Assembly: GCA_001871125.1 (NCBI GenBank)
Contig: MNXB01000005.1
Location: 1 to 61,766, forward strand
Direction: 5' to 3'
Length of the DNA stretch: 61,766 nt
From: Elusimicrobia bacterium CG1_02_37_114
GTDB taxonomy: Bacteria; Elusimicrobiota; Endomicrobiia; CG1-02-37-114
Shown here piece by piece: positions 47,609 to 58,143 of the stretch. The notes below the pieces were generated by a model, which ran no database searches, had not been told where the DNA came from, and saw nothing but the letters and a program-made list of their open reading frames with translations. Each line of letters starts with the position of its first letter. Within the stretch, counting starts at the first letter, position 1. Position numbers and translations under genes: made by a program.

Positions 47609-50410
47609 TTATTGTATTCTTATACTGTTGAATATCCCAACTATTTCCTTCAATTCGTTTTCATCAAACAGACGAACTGCTGCATCAGTTCCAAAAGATG
47701 TAAATGGCGGTTCAAAAAAGTCGTTATATTCAATATGTTTCTTTTTGGCAAAAACATTTTTGACTGTTCTTAAGAACCTTATTTGTTCTGCAGTTAGTGG
47801 GGTTCTGTTATTTCTTTCCACTATATACGTATTGAAAGATTCATTTATTAAATCTTCGGGTTCGGGGAATTTGTATATTCCGAGTACAAATTTTATAAAC
47901 TGGGTAAATGTGCCGTATGGTTTATTGTATATTTTCCTGAAATTGTCTTCTGTAACGTACAGTTCCGGACTGTTCAGTGTCTTTTCTAGTTCAAAAATGT
48001 CCTGCTCTGAGATTGGTTGGTTATTTTTTATTTTCTGCAGGGTCGGGTGTCTGCCTGCAAGTTCAAGAATCTTATTTTCCACTTTTTCCCTGTAAGAATG
48101 AACATAGTCTCCTTCTCCTTCAGGTCCGAAAGCAATCCATTTTCTTTCAATGACATCGTCTCCAATATCAAGTCTTACAATTTCTCTTTCCTGAATAAGT
48201 TTATATTTCATGATTTCGGTAAGATGTTCCTTAAGAAATTCACATTTATCATGGGTAAGTTGAGACCAGAATTCATCCGATAAAGCTTTCTTGATTTCAT
48301 TTCCCTTTTTTCTTACTGCATTCAGGTTCATCGGAAGGCGTTTTATGTCATCTATTATCGATTTTTCAAAGAGTTCAATATCTTCCTGATTATTTAATAA
48401 TACGGACAAAGCAAGTTTTTCGGTTTTTAGAATAAACTGTTCCTGAAAAAGGTTGAAATCAGATTTATACTTCATCAAAGGAGCTATGCTTTTCTCCAGG
48501 AATTCAAAGGATTCGTCATCAAGGTCCTGCCAGACATTGGAGGAAAGTGCTTTGTCTATGTTTTTTCTGCTTTCTTTTATAGTGATGGAATTTTCCGGCA
48601 GGGTTTTAATGTCATTGATTACTTCTTCTTTTACTCTTTTAAAGCACTCTTTATCATCGTTTGTTTTAAATATTTTTAATTTCTTTAACCTTGTTATGAA
48701 TATTTTGCATGGTATCGGGTACTGGACAGCCGGGGCTTCCCCCTCAGGTTTTTCACCAAAATACTCAAAGTTACTCCAGTGGTCTATAATCATAAATCTG
48801 TCTTTTTCCGTACACCAGGGTTTTCTTTTTGATAAATCTTTTTCAAGGGTTCGTGTTCCTCTGCCAATCATCTGCCAGAATTTAATTTTACTGAATACAG
48901 GTTTGGCAAAAACAAGGTTACATATTTCTCTGATATCTATCCCTGTGTCAAGCATATCGACGGAAATGGCAACTCTTGGAAAGTTTTCATCTTTAAATTT
49001 CTCTATCAGCTTTAGGGGTCTTTCCATTTTTGAATCTATTATATCTACCAATCTACCCTTATATTCGGGGTATAATCTATTAAATATTTCCCATAACCTT
49101 TTTGCATGATTATGCGAGAGTGCAAATATTATTGATTTAGAAGGTATAACTCCCGAATCATCTTTAATACAGACTTCCATAAACTCCCTGACCAATGATT
49201 CATTTGTACCTGCATTTGTTACATTCTTCTCTATTTCAGTACCTTCAAAATCTATATCTTCCAGCGTATAACCTTCTTCAACAAGTTTTTTCTGTATACT
49301 GGGTGGTAATTCGTTGCCTTTAATGCCCTTTATCTGGAAATTTGTTTTTGCAGAATAAGGGGGTCTGAAATCAACAAGAACTTTATTTTTAACAGCTTCA
49401 TCAAATGAGTAATTGAAAACCGGAGTATCGTTCTCACATTCAAAATATTTGAAAGTATCTCTATCAATGTAATCACTGGGTGTAGCCGTAAGCCCGACAT
49501 GGATGGAATGGAAATAACTTAAGACATCTTTCCATTTATTGTAAATAGAACGGTGACATTCATCAGAAATGATTACATCAAAAAATCCGGGTGATACTTT
49601 ATGGAAACATCCCATCATTGTCTGGATTGTAGAAACATATAATCTGCAGGATGTATCAATCTCTCCTCCCCTTATGTAGTGCCTTGATTCATTTGGTAAG
49701 TGTTGTTTAAACCCATCCCCGAAAGACTGTACGGCAAGAGCCTCTCTATCTACAAGAAAAAGCACTTTCTCTGCCCAACCTGCTTTTATAAGTACATCTA
49801 TTAATGCCATTACAGTCCTTGTTTTACCGGTACCCGTAGCCATAACTAAAAGAAATTTCCGTTTATTTTTTTTAAGACCATCAAAAATTCTTTTCAATGC
49901 CTCTATCTGGTAGTCCCTGTCAATAATTTCTGGTTTAATTTGTATAGTACAGGGGTCTTTCCTGAAAGTATTCTGATAACGTATACGTTCAAGTTCGGTT
50001 TTATTGAAGAAACCATGTACCATTACGGGGGCATATCTTTGCCTGTTCCAGTACCATATTTCATATCCATTGGTTAAAAATATCAGGGGATCAACATTGT
50101 GTATTTTCTTTATTCCGTCAGCATAGTCTTCTGCCTGCTGTTTACCTGAAACGGGGTCCCGGGAGGTTCGTTTTGCTTCAATAATAGCCAGGGGTTCAGA
50201 AGCCCTATCCAATAAAAGATAATCAGAAAAACCAGATGGATTAATCTCTGGTTGGTTCTGGGCTATGCTTGATTTTTTATAACCTGCTCCTGTAATCTCA
50301 AACTCTTCTACAACCTCGGATGAGTTACTAATATTCCAACCAGCTTTAGTTAATAAATCGTCAATAATTTTTTTTCTTGTTTGATTTTCTGTTAAATTTT
50401 CTTTAAACAT
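47609..50410 (-). CDS. hsdR: type I R-M restriction subunit (EcoAI/EcoEI-like)
   Basis: SDY...IEAK nuclease motif, MATGTGKT, DECHRS, LTATP and QMIGRGTR. Confidence 0.93.
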   Translation of the reverse strand: MFKENLTENQTRKKIIDDLLTKAGWNISNSSEVVEEFEITGAGYKKSSIAQNQPEINPSGFSDYLLLDRASEPLAIIEAKRTSRDPVSGKQQAEDYADGIKKIHNVDPLIFLTNGYEIWYWNRQRYAPVMVHGFFNKTELERIRYQNTFRKDPCTIQIKPEIIDRDYQIEALKRIFDGLKKNKRKFLLVMATGTGKTRTVMALIDVLIKAGWAEKVLFLVDREALAVQSFGDGFKQHLPNESRHYIRGGEIDTSCRLYVSTIQTMMGCFHKVSPGFFDVIISDECHRSIYNKWKDVLSYFHSIHVGLTATPSDYIDRDTFKYFECENDTPVFNYSFDEAVKNKVLVDFRPPYSAKTNFQIKGIKGNELPPSIQKKLVEEGYTLEDIDFEGTEIEKNVTNAGTNESLVREFMEVCIKDDSGVIPSKSIIFALSHNHAKRLWEIFNRLYPEYKGRLVDIIDSKMERPLKLIEKFKDENFPRVAISVDMLDTGIDIREICNLVFAKPVFSKIKFWQMIGRGTRTLEKDLSKRKPWCTEKDRFMIIDHWSNFEYFGEKPEGEAPAVQYPIPCKIFITRLKKLKIFKTNDDKECFKRVKEEVINDIKTLPENSITIKESRKNIDKALSSNVWQDLDDESFEFLEKSIAPLMKYKSDFNLFQEQFILKTEKLALSVLLNNQEDIELFEKSIIDDIKRLPMNLNAVRKKGNEIKKALSDEFWSQLTHDKCEFLKEHLTEIMKYKLIQEREIVRLDIGDDVIERKWIAFGPEGEGDYVHSYREKVENKILELAGRHPTLQKIKNNQPISEQDIFELEKTLNSPELYVTEDNFRKIYNKPYGTFTQFIKFVLGIYKFPEPEDLINESFNTYIVERNNRTPLTAEQIRFLRTVKNVFAKKKHIEYNDFFEPPFTSFGTDAAVRLFDENELKEIVGIFNSIRIQ

Positions 50411-51107
50411 AATTTTCTCGTTTACATTTATCAAAACTAAAATATTCAATTTTACCAAATATTATATGGTCAAGGAATTTAATATTCATTAGTTTTAATG
50501 CTTCCTTTAATGCTTTTGTGAAAACCTCATCTTCTTTAGTTGGAGTAGAATCCCCTGATGGATGATTGTGAATACAGATAATTCCTGAAGCATACTTTTG
50601 TAGGGCTTTTGAAATAATTTCTCTGATAATCGGATTTGTACCAGTCGGCGTTCCTTTAGAGATTTCAATAGTGTCAGTTATAGTATTTTTTGAATTTAGC
50701 AAAATTATTTCAAAGATTTCATTCTTTAAGTTACTCATCCTTGCCTTAAATAATTTAACAACGTCTTCAGTAAATTCTACTTTAGTAAGTTCTATTTTTC
50801 TTTCAGTAGCGTTGAAACGTCTTGCAATCTCTAAAGTCGCTTTTATTTTCGTGATTTTTGTTTTCCCGAGTCCCTTGAATTCTTTCCAGTCTCTGATATC
50901 AGTATGGCTCATATTTTGAAAAGTTTTGAATTTCAGAACAATTTTTCTTGCTAAATCTACAGCGCTTTCTCCCTTAGTTCCTGAACTTAACAATATCGCA
51001 AGCAGTTCAGTATCAGTTAAAGTATGCGACCCATATTTAACAAGTTTTTCACGAGGCCTATCTTCTTCGGGCCATGATTTTATTGATTTGAAATGATTTT
51101 CTATCAT
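50403..51107 (-). CDS. radC: RadC (JAB domain) protein
   Basis: RPREKL, HNHPSGD and LDHII motifs. Confidence 0.93.
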   Translation of the reverse strand: MIENHFKSIKSWPEEDRPREKLVKYGSHTLTDTELLAILLSSGTKGESAVDLARKIVLKFKTFQNMSHTDIRDWKEFKGLGKTKITKIKATLEIARRFNATERKIELTKVEFTEDVVKLFKARMSNLKNEIFEIILLNSKNTITDTIEISKGTPTGTNPIIREIISKALQKYASGIICIHNHPSGDSTPTKEDEVFTKALKEALKLMNIKFLDHIIFGKIEYFSFDKCKRENYV

Positions 51108-51142
51108 TATAGTTAAACGTTGCCCCTGCAATTTTGTTAATT

Positions 51143-53839
51143 TTATTGCAGGCTGGCAAGTCTATTTCTTATGCGGGTTATATTTTCCTGTGTTTCTTTG
51201 CTGTAAAGTTTTATTTTTTCCACCTGGTCTTTTGGTGCGTTTGTTATAAATTTTTCATTCTCAAGTTTGCTGTTAAGAGACCGGAGCCTGGCATTAAGTT
51301 CTTCTTCGGTCTTTTTTAATCTTGCTGTTTCTTTTTCAATGTCTATTATCCCTTCAAGTATCACATAAATTTCCATCCCGCTTAAGACAATTACTGCCGA
51401 ATGCAATGGTTTCTGGCTGTAGCGTGAAATTTTATCAACTTTAGCCATTAACCGGAGGTTCGGGAGATATTTTTCTAAGATAGAAATTTTATTTTCCTCG
51501 TTTGTTCTGACTATAATCTCAAATAATTTCTTCGGCGGGACGTTCAGTTCTGTCCGCAGAGTCCTTATGTTCTGAATTACAGCTATTATCAGTTCAACTT
51601 CTTTTATGTCTTCCGGAAAAATCTTTTTTTCGTCAAATTCAGGGAAGGGGGAAACCATTATGGATTCTGCGGAAAGCAGGTTTTTATCACCGGGCTGTGA
51701 TTTCAGTAGTTGATATATTTCTTCGGTAATGAACGGCATTATCGGATGGAGTAATTTCAGCGTCCCTACAAGCACTTCTACCAGGACTGTCTGGCAGACA
51801 ACTTTTTCAGGGCTGTCCGTGCTTAATTTAGGCTTGGTAAGTTCTATATACCAGTCACAGAATTTTGACCAGAAGAAGTCATAAATTAATCTGACTGTTT
51901 CATTGATGTTAAATCTTTCTAATGACGAATGGACATTTTTTGCCAGTAAATTGTATTCATTGAGAATCCATTTATCCATATTGGCGAGTTTTGAATTTTC
52001 AACAGGAGAATAAGAGAATCCCTCAAGGTTCATTAATATATACCTTGTCGCATTCCATATTTTGTTGCATAAATTACGGCCGATTTCACATTTTTCTTTG
52101 GAGAACAGAACGTCCTGTCCTGTTGGTGCAAGATATACAATAGTAAACCTCAATGCATCCGCACCGTATTCGTCAATTATGTCCAGGGGGTCAGGCGAAT
52201 TTCCGAGTGATTTACTCATTTTCCTGCCTTTGATATCCCTGACGATACTTGTAAAATAGACATCTCTGAAAGGCACATCGTCCATAAACTCCAGCCCTGA
52301 CATAATCATCCTTGCCACCCAGAAGAAAATTATGTCGGGCCCGGTAACGAGAGTATTGGTTGGATAGAAATATTTTAAGTCCTCGTTTTCTTTTGGCCAG
52401 CCCAAAGTAGAAAATGGCCACAGCCAGGAAGAAAACCATGTGTCAAGCACATCAGAGTCCTGAACTATATCGGTACCCGAACAATTCGGACATCTGTCCG
52501 GATGTTCCATTGATACTATGGGAGGGCATTTTGTATTTTCGCCCTCTTTCGAGGACTTCGCATTTGATGCTACGCAGTAATAAACGGGTATTCTGTGTCC
52601 CCACCACAACTGTCGGGAAATACACCAATCCCTTATATTTTCCATCCAGTGCTGATAAACCTTAACCCATCTTTCCGGATAGAATTTGATTTTTTTATCC
52701 AGCACAACTTCTAAAGCTTTCTGTGCCAACGGTTTCATTTTCACAAACCACTGGTCTGAAAGATAGGGTTCAATGACTGTATTGCAGCGGTAACAGTGTC
52801 CTACTGCATTGGTGTGTTTTTCAGTTTTTAAAAGTAATCCCTGACTTTCCAAATCGTCGAGTATCTTTTTCCTGCATTCATAACGGTCAAGTCCCCGGTA
52901 CTGTTCGGGAGCATTTTCGTTCATTTTACCGGTTTCATCCATCACGGTTATCTGCCGGAGATTATGACGCAGTCCAATCTGGAAGTCATTGGGGTCATGT
53001 GCTGGTGTCACTTTAACTATCCCTGTGCCGAATTGCGGGTCAACAAAGTTATCTGCTATAACTCTTATTTTTCTGTCTGTCAGGGGGAGCACAACTTCTT
53101 TATTTATCAAATCTTTGTATCTTTCATCCGAAGGATTGACAGCTACCGCAGTATCACCCAACATTGTTTCGGGTCTTGTCGTTGCAACGGTTACAGAATC
53201 GCTGCTGTCTGCAATGGGATATTTTACATACCAAAGGTTTCCGTCGTGGTCACGGTATTCTACCTCATCATCACTTAATGCTGTCCGGCATCTCGGACAC
53301 CAGTTGACTATATATTTCCCTTTGTAGATTAACCCTTTATTATACAGTTCAACGAATACTCTCCTGACTGCAAAAGAAAGACCTTCATCCATCGTGAACC
53401 GTTCACGTGTCCAGTCACAGGATGTCCCTAAATATTTCAATTGTTTAATTATTGTTCCGCCGTACTGTTCTTTCCATTCCCACATTTTCTTAATGAATTC
53501 TTCCCTGCCGAGTTTTTCCTTTGTCAGACCTTTTTCGGCAAGAGATTTTTCCACCACGTTCTGGGTGGCTATGCCTGCATGGTCAGTTCCCGGAATCCAG
53601 CAGGCTTCATAACCCGCCATCCTTTTCCACCGTATAAATATGTCCTGGATGGTGTTATTCAGGACATGTCCGAGGGTGAGAATGCCGGTAATGTTGGGCG
53701 GGGGGATAACTATCGTATAGGGTTTCTTATTGCGTGTGACTTTAGCATGAAAGAACCCTTTCTCTTCCCAGAATTTATACCATTTGGATTCAATAGTTTT
53801 AGGGTTATATATTTTCTGAATTTCCATGTGTTCTGTCAT
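51143..53839 (-). CDS. valS: valine--tRNA ligase
   Basis: PPPNITG, DHAGIATQ, ATTRPET and KMSKS motifs. Confidence 0.98.
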   Translation of the reverse strand: MTEHMEIQKIYNPKTIESKWYKFWEEKGFFHAKVTRNKKPYTIVIPPPNITGILTLGHVLNNTIQDIFIRWKRMAGYEACWIPGTDHAGIATQNVVEKSLAEKGLTKEKLGREEFIKKMWEWKEQYGGTIIKQLKYLGTSCDWTRERFTMDEGLSFAVRRVFVELYNKGLIYKGKYIVNWCPRCRTALSDDEVEYRDHDGNLWYVKYPIADSSDSVTVATTRPETMLGDTAVAVNPSDERYKDLINKEVVLPLTDRKIRVIADNFVDPQFGTGIVKVTPAHDPNDFQIGLRHNLRQITVMDETGKMNENAPEQYRGLDRYECRKKILDDLESQGLLLKTEKHTNAVGHCYRCNTVIEPYLSDQWFVKMKPLAQKALEVVLDKKIKFYPERWVKVYQHWMENIRDWCISRQLWWGHRIPVYYCVASNAKSSKEGENTKCPPIVSMEHPDRCPNCSGTDIVQDSDVLDTWFSSWLWPFSTLGWPKENEDLKYFYPTNTLVTGPDIIFFWVARMIMSGLEFMDDVPFRDVYFTSIVRDIKGRKMSKSLGNSPDPLDIIDEYGADALRFTIVYLAPTGQDVLFSKEKCEIGRNLCNKIWNATRYILMNLEGFSYSPVENSKLANMDKWILNEYNLLAKNVHSSLERFNINETVRLIYDFFWSKFCDWYIELTKPKLSTDSPEKVVCQTVLVEVLVGTLKLLHPIMPFITEEIYQLLKSQPGDKNLLSAESIMVSPFPEFDEKKIFPEDIKEVELIIAVIQNIRTLRTELNVPPKKLFEIIVRTNEENKISILEKYLPNLRLMAKVDKISRYSQKPLHSAVIVLSGMEIYVILEGIIDIEKETARLKKTEEELNARLRSLNSKLENEKFITNAPKDQVEKIKLYSKETQENITRIRNRLASLQ

Positions 53840-53856
53840 TCTAATCCCACGTATTC

Positions 53857-54048
53857 TGTCATTCTGAGTTCACACAGCCTGTGTCGTAATCCCATTGGAA
53901 TCCCGAACTTGTTCGGGGGGGGGAGTTGCTCAAGTTTGTGTTCGGGTAGTACTATCAAGTTTTGTCATGTTTTGATTTCTTTTGTTATTTTTTAGCCCCA
54001 ACAAGTTGGGGAATCCGGTTGCGACACAGTCTGGCAACGAAGAATCTC
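53857..54048. mobile_element. nested MITE (53875-54033) inside a REP-like element
   Basis: TIRs CAGCCTGTGTCGTAA / TTGCGACACAGTCTG (13/15 match), internal palindromes, flanked by GTCATTCTGAG...GAAGAATCTC. Confidence 0.55.
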
Positions 54049-54118
54049 ATTTTACAAGATTATAAATCTTTTTGCAAATTGAGTAAATTTGTAGTATAAT
54101 CAATTGTATAGGAATTTG

Positions 54119-54200
54119 CCAACAGTAGGTTCCTTAGGAAAAAACGCACCTTAAAAGGTGCGGCTACCAGTTAATGGTAGTCGCAGGCTTTAGCCTGCGT
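54119..54200. repeat. 21-bp unit plus REPIN
   Basis: CCAACAGTAGGTTCCTTAGGA; CGCACCTTAAAAGGTGCGGCTAC ... GTAGTCGCAGGCTTTAGCCTGCG. Confidence 0.6.
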
Positions 54201-54449
54201 TAATTTATAAATAGAATTAATGAAAACCAGATATACAAATATAAATTTAGTTCAACAGAGGAACAAAAGGAAAGGGAATTTCATACCAAAACAGATAGAC
54301 AAATCATTCACTCTGGTTAGAAAAAGGATTGGTAAAAAGAAAGATACCTCTTTGGAAAGAGTTCAGCGAACGGAATCAGTTAATGCTATCCACTGCATCC
54401 AGAAGTGGTTGACATGTAGTGGGTTTATATATACTCTTTAAGGTGAAAG

Positions 54450-55205
54450 ATGAAGACAAAAGTAATTTATAAACGAAAAAGAAATAAACAGATTTTTGTA
54501 AAAGAAGGTATAATCTCTACTCTGGCTTACCAGCCAGCTATTAATAAAATTTATAACATGGACTGCATAGAAGGAATGAAAAAAATTCCCAATAACAGCA
54601 TTGACTTGATAATTACCGACCCACCTTATGGATTAAACAAAAATGATGTTCGAAATGATACTGATTTAAGTCTTTTTTATAATGTTATGCCCGAATGCGA
54701 TAGAGTCTTAAAAAAACATAGTTTCTTTATTACATTTTTTAGCACGAAATTTTTACCACAATTATTTAAGGATAACCCATTCAATTATTTTTGGCAAATT
54801 GTTTTATATTGTCCTGAAGGAAGAGTTCGTTCTCCCATTGGATATACAAAATACATGTCTTGCTTTATTTTTAAAAAAGGAAATCCTAAAATTATTCGGT
54901 GGAATAAAGATATATTTATAGATACTCCTGGGAAAATGGTTGAGCCTGATGAAGGATATATAGATCACCCCACACCAAAACCTAAACATTTTATAAAAGA
55001 AATCTTAAAAATGTTTTCAAATGAGAACGACTTAATTTTGGATCCTTTTATAGGAAGTGGTAGCACTGCTGTAGCGTGTCTTCAACTTAATAGAAGATTT
55101 ATTGGTTTTGAAATTGAAGAGAAATATTACAAACTCGCTCTCGGAAGAATCCAAAAAGCATTAGGGTCGGTTATAAAAGAATCGGGAAATGGTAATTTAA
55201 AATAA
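54450..55205 (+). CDS. beta-class N4/N6 DNA methyltransferase
   Basis: TDPPY precedes HPTPKP and DPFIGSGST. Confidence 0.92.
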   Translation: MKTKVIYKRKRNKQIFVKEGIISTLAYQPAINKIYNMDCIEGMKKIPNNSIDLIITDPPYGLNKNDVRNDTDLSLFYNVMPECDRVLKKHSFFITFFSTKFLPQLFKDNPFNYFWQIVLYCPEGRVRSPIGYTKYMSCFIFKKGNPKIIRWNKDIFIDTPGKMVEPDEGYIDHPTPKPKHFIKEILKMFSNENDLILDPFIGSGSTAVACLQLNRRFIGFEIEEKYYKLALGRIQKALGSVIKESGNGNLK

Positions 55206-55214
55206 GAAATAAAA

Positions 55215-55964
55215 ATGGATTATGCAATTAAAGAAAACAATATTTTATTAACCATACCCGCTACTAATGCCGGTAAATTCAGATTTAAAAAAAGAAAGAG
55301 CAGATTAGATTTCGGTGAAACATTTTCTACAAGAAAATGTCCTTTTGATGAGCAAACATACTTAGAATGGCAAATTAGTTACGATATTCCTATTAAAGAT
55401 ATTGAAAAAGGCAAAAAAGGGACAAAATTAACAAGCAAGCATTTTGTTGGAAGTAACGGGAAAGAAAAGTATCCCTATGAATTATCAGAAATATTTTTTA
55501 AGGCGATGGAGTTAAAATTAATTACTGAAAAAGAAGTTAAAGATTTACTTAATGAAATAAGTCGTTATAAAAGTTTTATAGATGAAAAAGATATAACCAT
55601 TGAACATCATTCAAAGATTACCATAAACGGAATAAACTTTGAAGAAACAAGTATTAAGTTGCCGACACTTTTCATGATCGAAACCTTGGACAATACGCAG
55701 ATAGAGGTGTCTATTGAAAAGCAACAATATGCCTCTGGCGTTCAGCCGATGGTTTATTTTTGCATACCCTTAAAGGCATTCAAGAATTCATCAGTGCTTT
55801 ATGGCAAATCATCCATTTCTGGCGATAAACTTGACTACGTTATTAACAAAAACAATGTTTTAAATCTTGTTTTTATGATGAAAGTGTTTGGAATGGCATC
55901 CAAAAGACACAATCACGATATTGTCAAAATACTTGAAACACTTCTTGAAATTATTAATAGGTGA
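55215..55964 (+). CDS. R.PabI-family (HALFPIPE) restriction DNA glycosylase
   Basis: GKFRFK.R, YLEWQISYD, YELSE, QPMVY and HNHD motifs. Confidence 0.75.
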   Translation: MDYAIKENNILLTIPATNAGKFRFKKRKSRLDFGETFSTRKCPFDEQTYLEWQISYDIPIKDIEKGKKGTKLTSKHFVGSNGKEKYPYELSEIFFKAMELKLITEKEVKDLLNEISRYKSFIDEKDITIEHHSKITINGINFEETSIKLPTLFMIETLDNTQIEVSIEKQQYASGVQPMVYFCIPLKAFKNSSVLYGKSSISGDKLDYVINKNNVLNLVFMMKVFGMASKRHNHDIVKILETLLEIINR

Positions 55965-55970
55965 TAATTA

Positions 55971-57161
55971 ATGCAAGTCCATTTAGCAGAACATCTGCCG
56001 AAAAGTAAAAGAATCCAATTAGGCAGTTACTATACTCCCGAAGAACTTGTTAAATTGGTTCATGAGTTTATAAAACCTTACTTGGAAAACAAGAAAAAAG
56101 ATGTTATCTTGTTTGATAGTGCAGGGGGATGCGGGGCATTTTTATTCGGCATCAAGCAGAGCGATTATCGGATAGCGGATCGTGATTTAAAAGCCTGCGA
56201 GTTTCTCAAACAACATTTTAATCAACAGAAAGTTTTTCATACAAATTCTTTAAATGAAATCAACAGAGAAAAATATTTTATTTCTCCTTCTGCGTTTTTA
56301 ATTATGATAGGAAATCCACCTTATAATGATACAACATCAGAATTTAAGAACGGCGAAAAGGGACAAAATATATGCGATAAAGATTTATATGATAGAGATA
56401 TAGGTGTTTCATTCTTAAAGTCATATCATAAACTTAATGCTGATGTCGTTTGTGTGTTACATCCACTCTCATATTTAATAAAAGAATCTAATTTTGAGAG
56501 ATTACACGATTTTAAAGATAACTACAAGATAATAAGAGCTGAGATATTTTCTAGTGCATTGTTTCATGGAACAGGAACAAGTAAATTTCCAATATTGGTG
56601 GCTCTCTATGAAAAAAATGCAGATGGAATGACATTTAATTATATTAGGAATTTTAGATTTAACATATTAGATAGTGACAAAACATTTGTTTTATCCAATT
56701 TTAAAACTACTGATGGATATATTAATAAATACCCTCCACGCAAAAACGATATCCAAAAATCTCCTATTGGTTTGTATTATTATAGTTTTCGCGATATTAA
56801 TTCTTTAAAGAAAAACACCTCTTTTATGACAAAAGAACATCCCAACGGAATTGTGGTGACATTAGAGAATTTTTATAAGTATGCATATCTTTATTCGCTG
56901 AAAAATCTGTTTAATCCCGAAGATGCATGGTTATATGGAAATTTATCTCCTCTTGTCAATATAGAAGAAGTTGAACAAAATAAAGACCTTTATATCTTGT
57001 ATGCTATTAAAACTAATAAAGTTTTGAGAGAAATGGATAATTCCATTTTGAAGAAAGTTATTCATTATTATGAGATTACATTGAATAATATAGATGCTGT
57101 TGATAGGATAGAGAAAGAAATCAGAGATAGATTGGATAAATTAATTGCAATGGAAAAATAA
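55971..57161 (+). CDS. gamma-class N6-adenine DNA methyltransferase, likely cognate of the PabI-type enzyme
   Basis: LGSYYTP, DSAGGCGAF, then GNPPYND. Confidence 0.88.
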   Translation: MQVHLAEHLPKSKRIQLGSYYTPEELVKLVHEFIKPYLENKKKDVILFDSAGGCGAFLFGIKQSDYRIADRDLKACEFLKQHFNQQKVFHTNSLNEINREKYFISPSAFLIMIGNPPYNDTTSEFKNGEKGQNICDKDLYDRDIGVSFLKSYHKLNADVVCVLHPLSYLIKESNFERLHDFKDNYKIIRAEIFSSALFHGTGTSKFPILVALYEKNADGMTFNYIRNFRFNILDSDKTFVLSNFKTTDGYINKYPPRKNDIQKSPIGLYYYSFRDINSLKKNTSFMTKEHPNGIVVTLENFYKYAYLYSLKNLFNPEDAWLYGNLSPLVNIEEVEQNKDLYILYAIKTNKVLREMDNSILKKVIHYYEITLNNIDAVDRIEKEIRDRLDKLIAMEK

Positions 57162-57256
57162 CAGAGAATCCACACGAGCAGATAACACGGGGTGAAAATA
57201 AGCGTGGATGGATATACATGCCCCGATTTATCGGGGCGGGGGGGTGCGACAAAAAA

Positions 57257-58129
57257 ATGACTAAACTGAAATTAGGATTACCAAAAGGAAGTCTGCAGGA
57301 GTCAACCATTGAACTGTTTTCCCGTGCAGGTATAAAAATATATACAAACGGGAGGTCATATAAGCCCGCCTGCGATGACGATAACCTTGATATAACGCTT
57401 ATCCGTGCACAGGAAATGCCGAAGTATGTTGAATTAGGCGTGTTTGATTGCGGAGTAACCGGTTATGACTGGATACTTGAGACAAATTCAAAAGTGAAAG
57501 AAGTATGTGAATTAATATACGCCAAGTCGGGCTTCCGTCCTGTCCGATGGGTGCTGGCGGTACCGGAGAATTCGTCAATAAGGTCTGTCAGGGACGTCCG
57601 AGGTAAAAGGATTGCCACTGAATTGGTGAATGTAGTTAAAAAATTTCTTAAGAAGAAAAAAGTTAGTGCAGAAGTGGAATTCTCCTGGGGTGCAACGGAA
57701 ATTAAGGCGCCGGATTTTGTTGACGCAATTGTTGAACTTACAGAGACGGGGTCGTCATTAAAGGCAAATAAACTGAAAATTATTGATGAGGTATTGGCAT
57801 CAACAACGAGATTTATCGCAGGTAATAATTCCTGGAGAATCCCCTCCAAAAGAGAAAAAATAGAAAACCTTGCTATATTGCTTAAGGGTGCTCTGACAGC
57901 AGAGAATATGGTTGGACTAAAAATGAATATGAAGGAAGGGGACTTAAACAGGATTCTGAAAATCTTACCCGCGCTCAAAAGACCTACGATATCTAAATTA
58001 ACCTTACCGGGATGGATTGCACTGGAAGTTGTTATAGAGGAAAATAAAGTCAAAGAAATCATACCGAAGTTAAAAAAATCTGGTGCGCAGGGTATAATTG
58101 AATATCCGCTTAATAAAGTTATACCCTGA
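57257..58129 (+). CDS. hisG: ATP phosphoribosyltransferase (long form)
   Basis: LGLPKGSL, RAQEMP, FSWGATE and TETGSSL motifs; C-terminal regulatory domain. Confidence 0.96.
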   Translation: MTKLKLGLPKGSLQESTIELFSRAGIKIYTNGRSYKPACDDDNLDITLIRAQEMPKYVELGVFDCGVTGYDWILETNSKVKEVCELIYAKSGFRPVRWVLAVPENSSIRSVRDVRGKRIATELVNVVKKFLKKKKVSAEVEFSWGATEIKAPDFVDAIVELTETGSSLKANKLKIIDEVLASTTRFIAGNNSWRIPSKREKIENLAILLKGALTAENMVGLKMNMKEGDLNRILKILPALKRPTISKLTLPGWIALEVVIEENKVKEIIPKLKKSGAQGIIEYPLNKVIP

Positions 58130-58143
58130 CGCTTGGGTTAGGA

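Noticed and set aside
54220-54441. 73-aa ORF as an R-M controller protein
   Set aside because: No clear SD or HTH motif; probably spurious or a remnant.
57218-57256. MPRFIGAGG extension of HisG
   Set aside because: Derived from the palindrome CCCCGATTTATCGGGG; HisG homology begins at ATG 57257.
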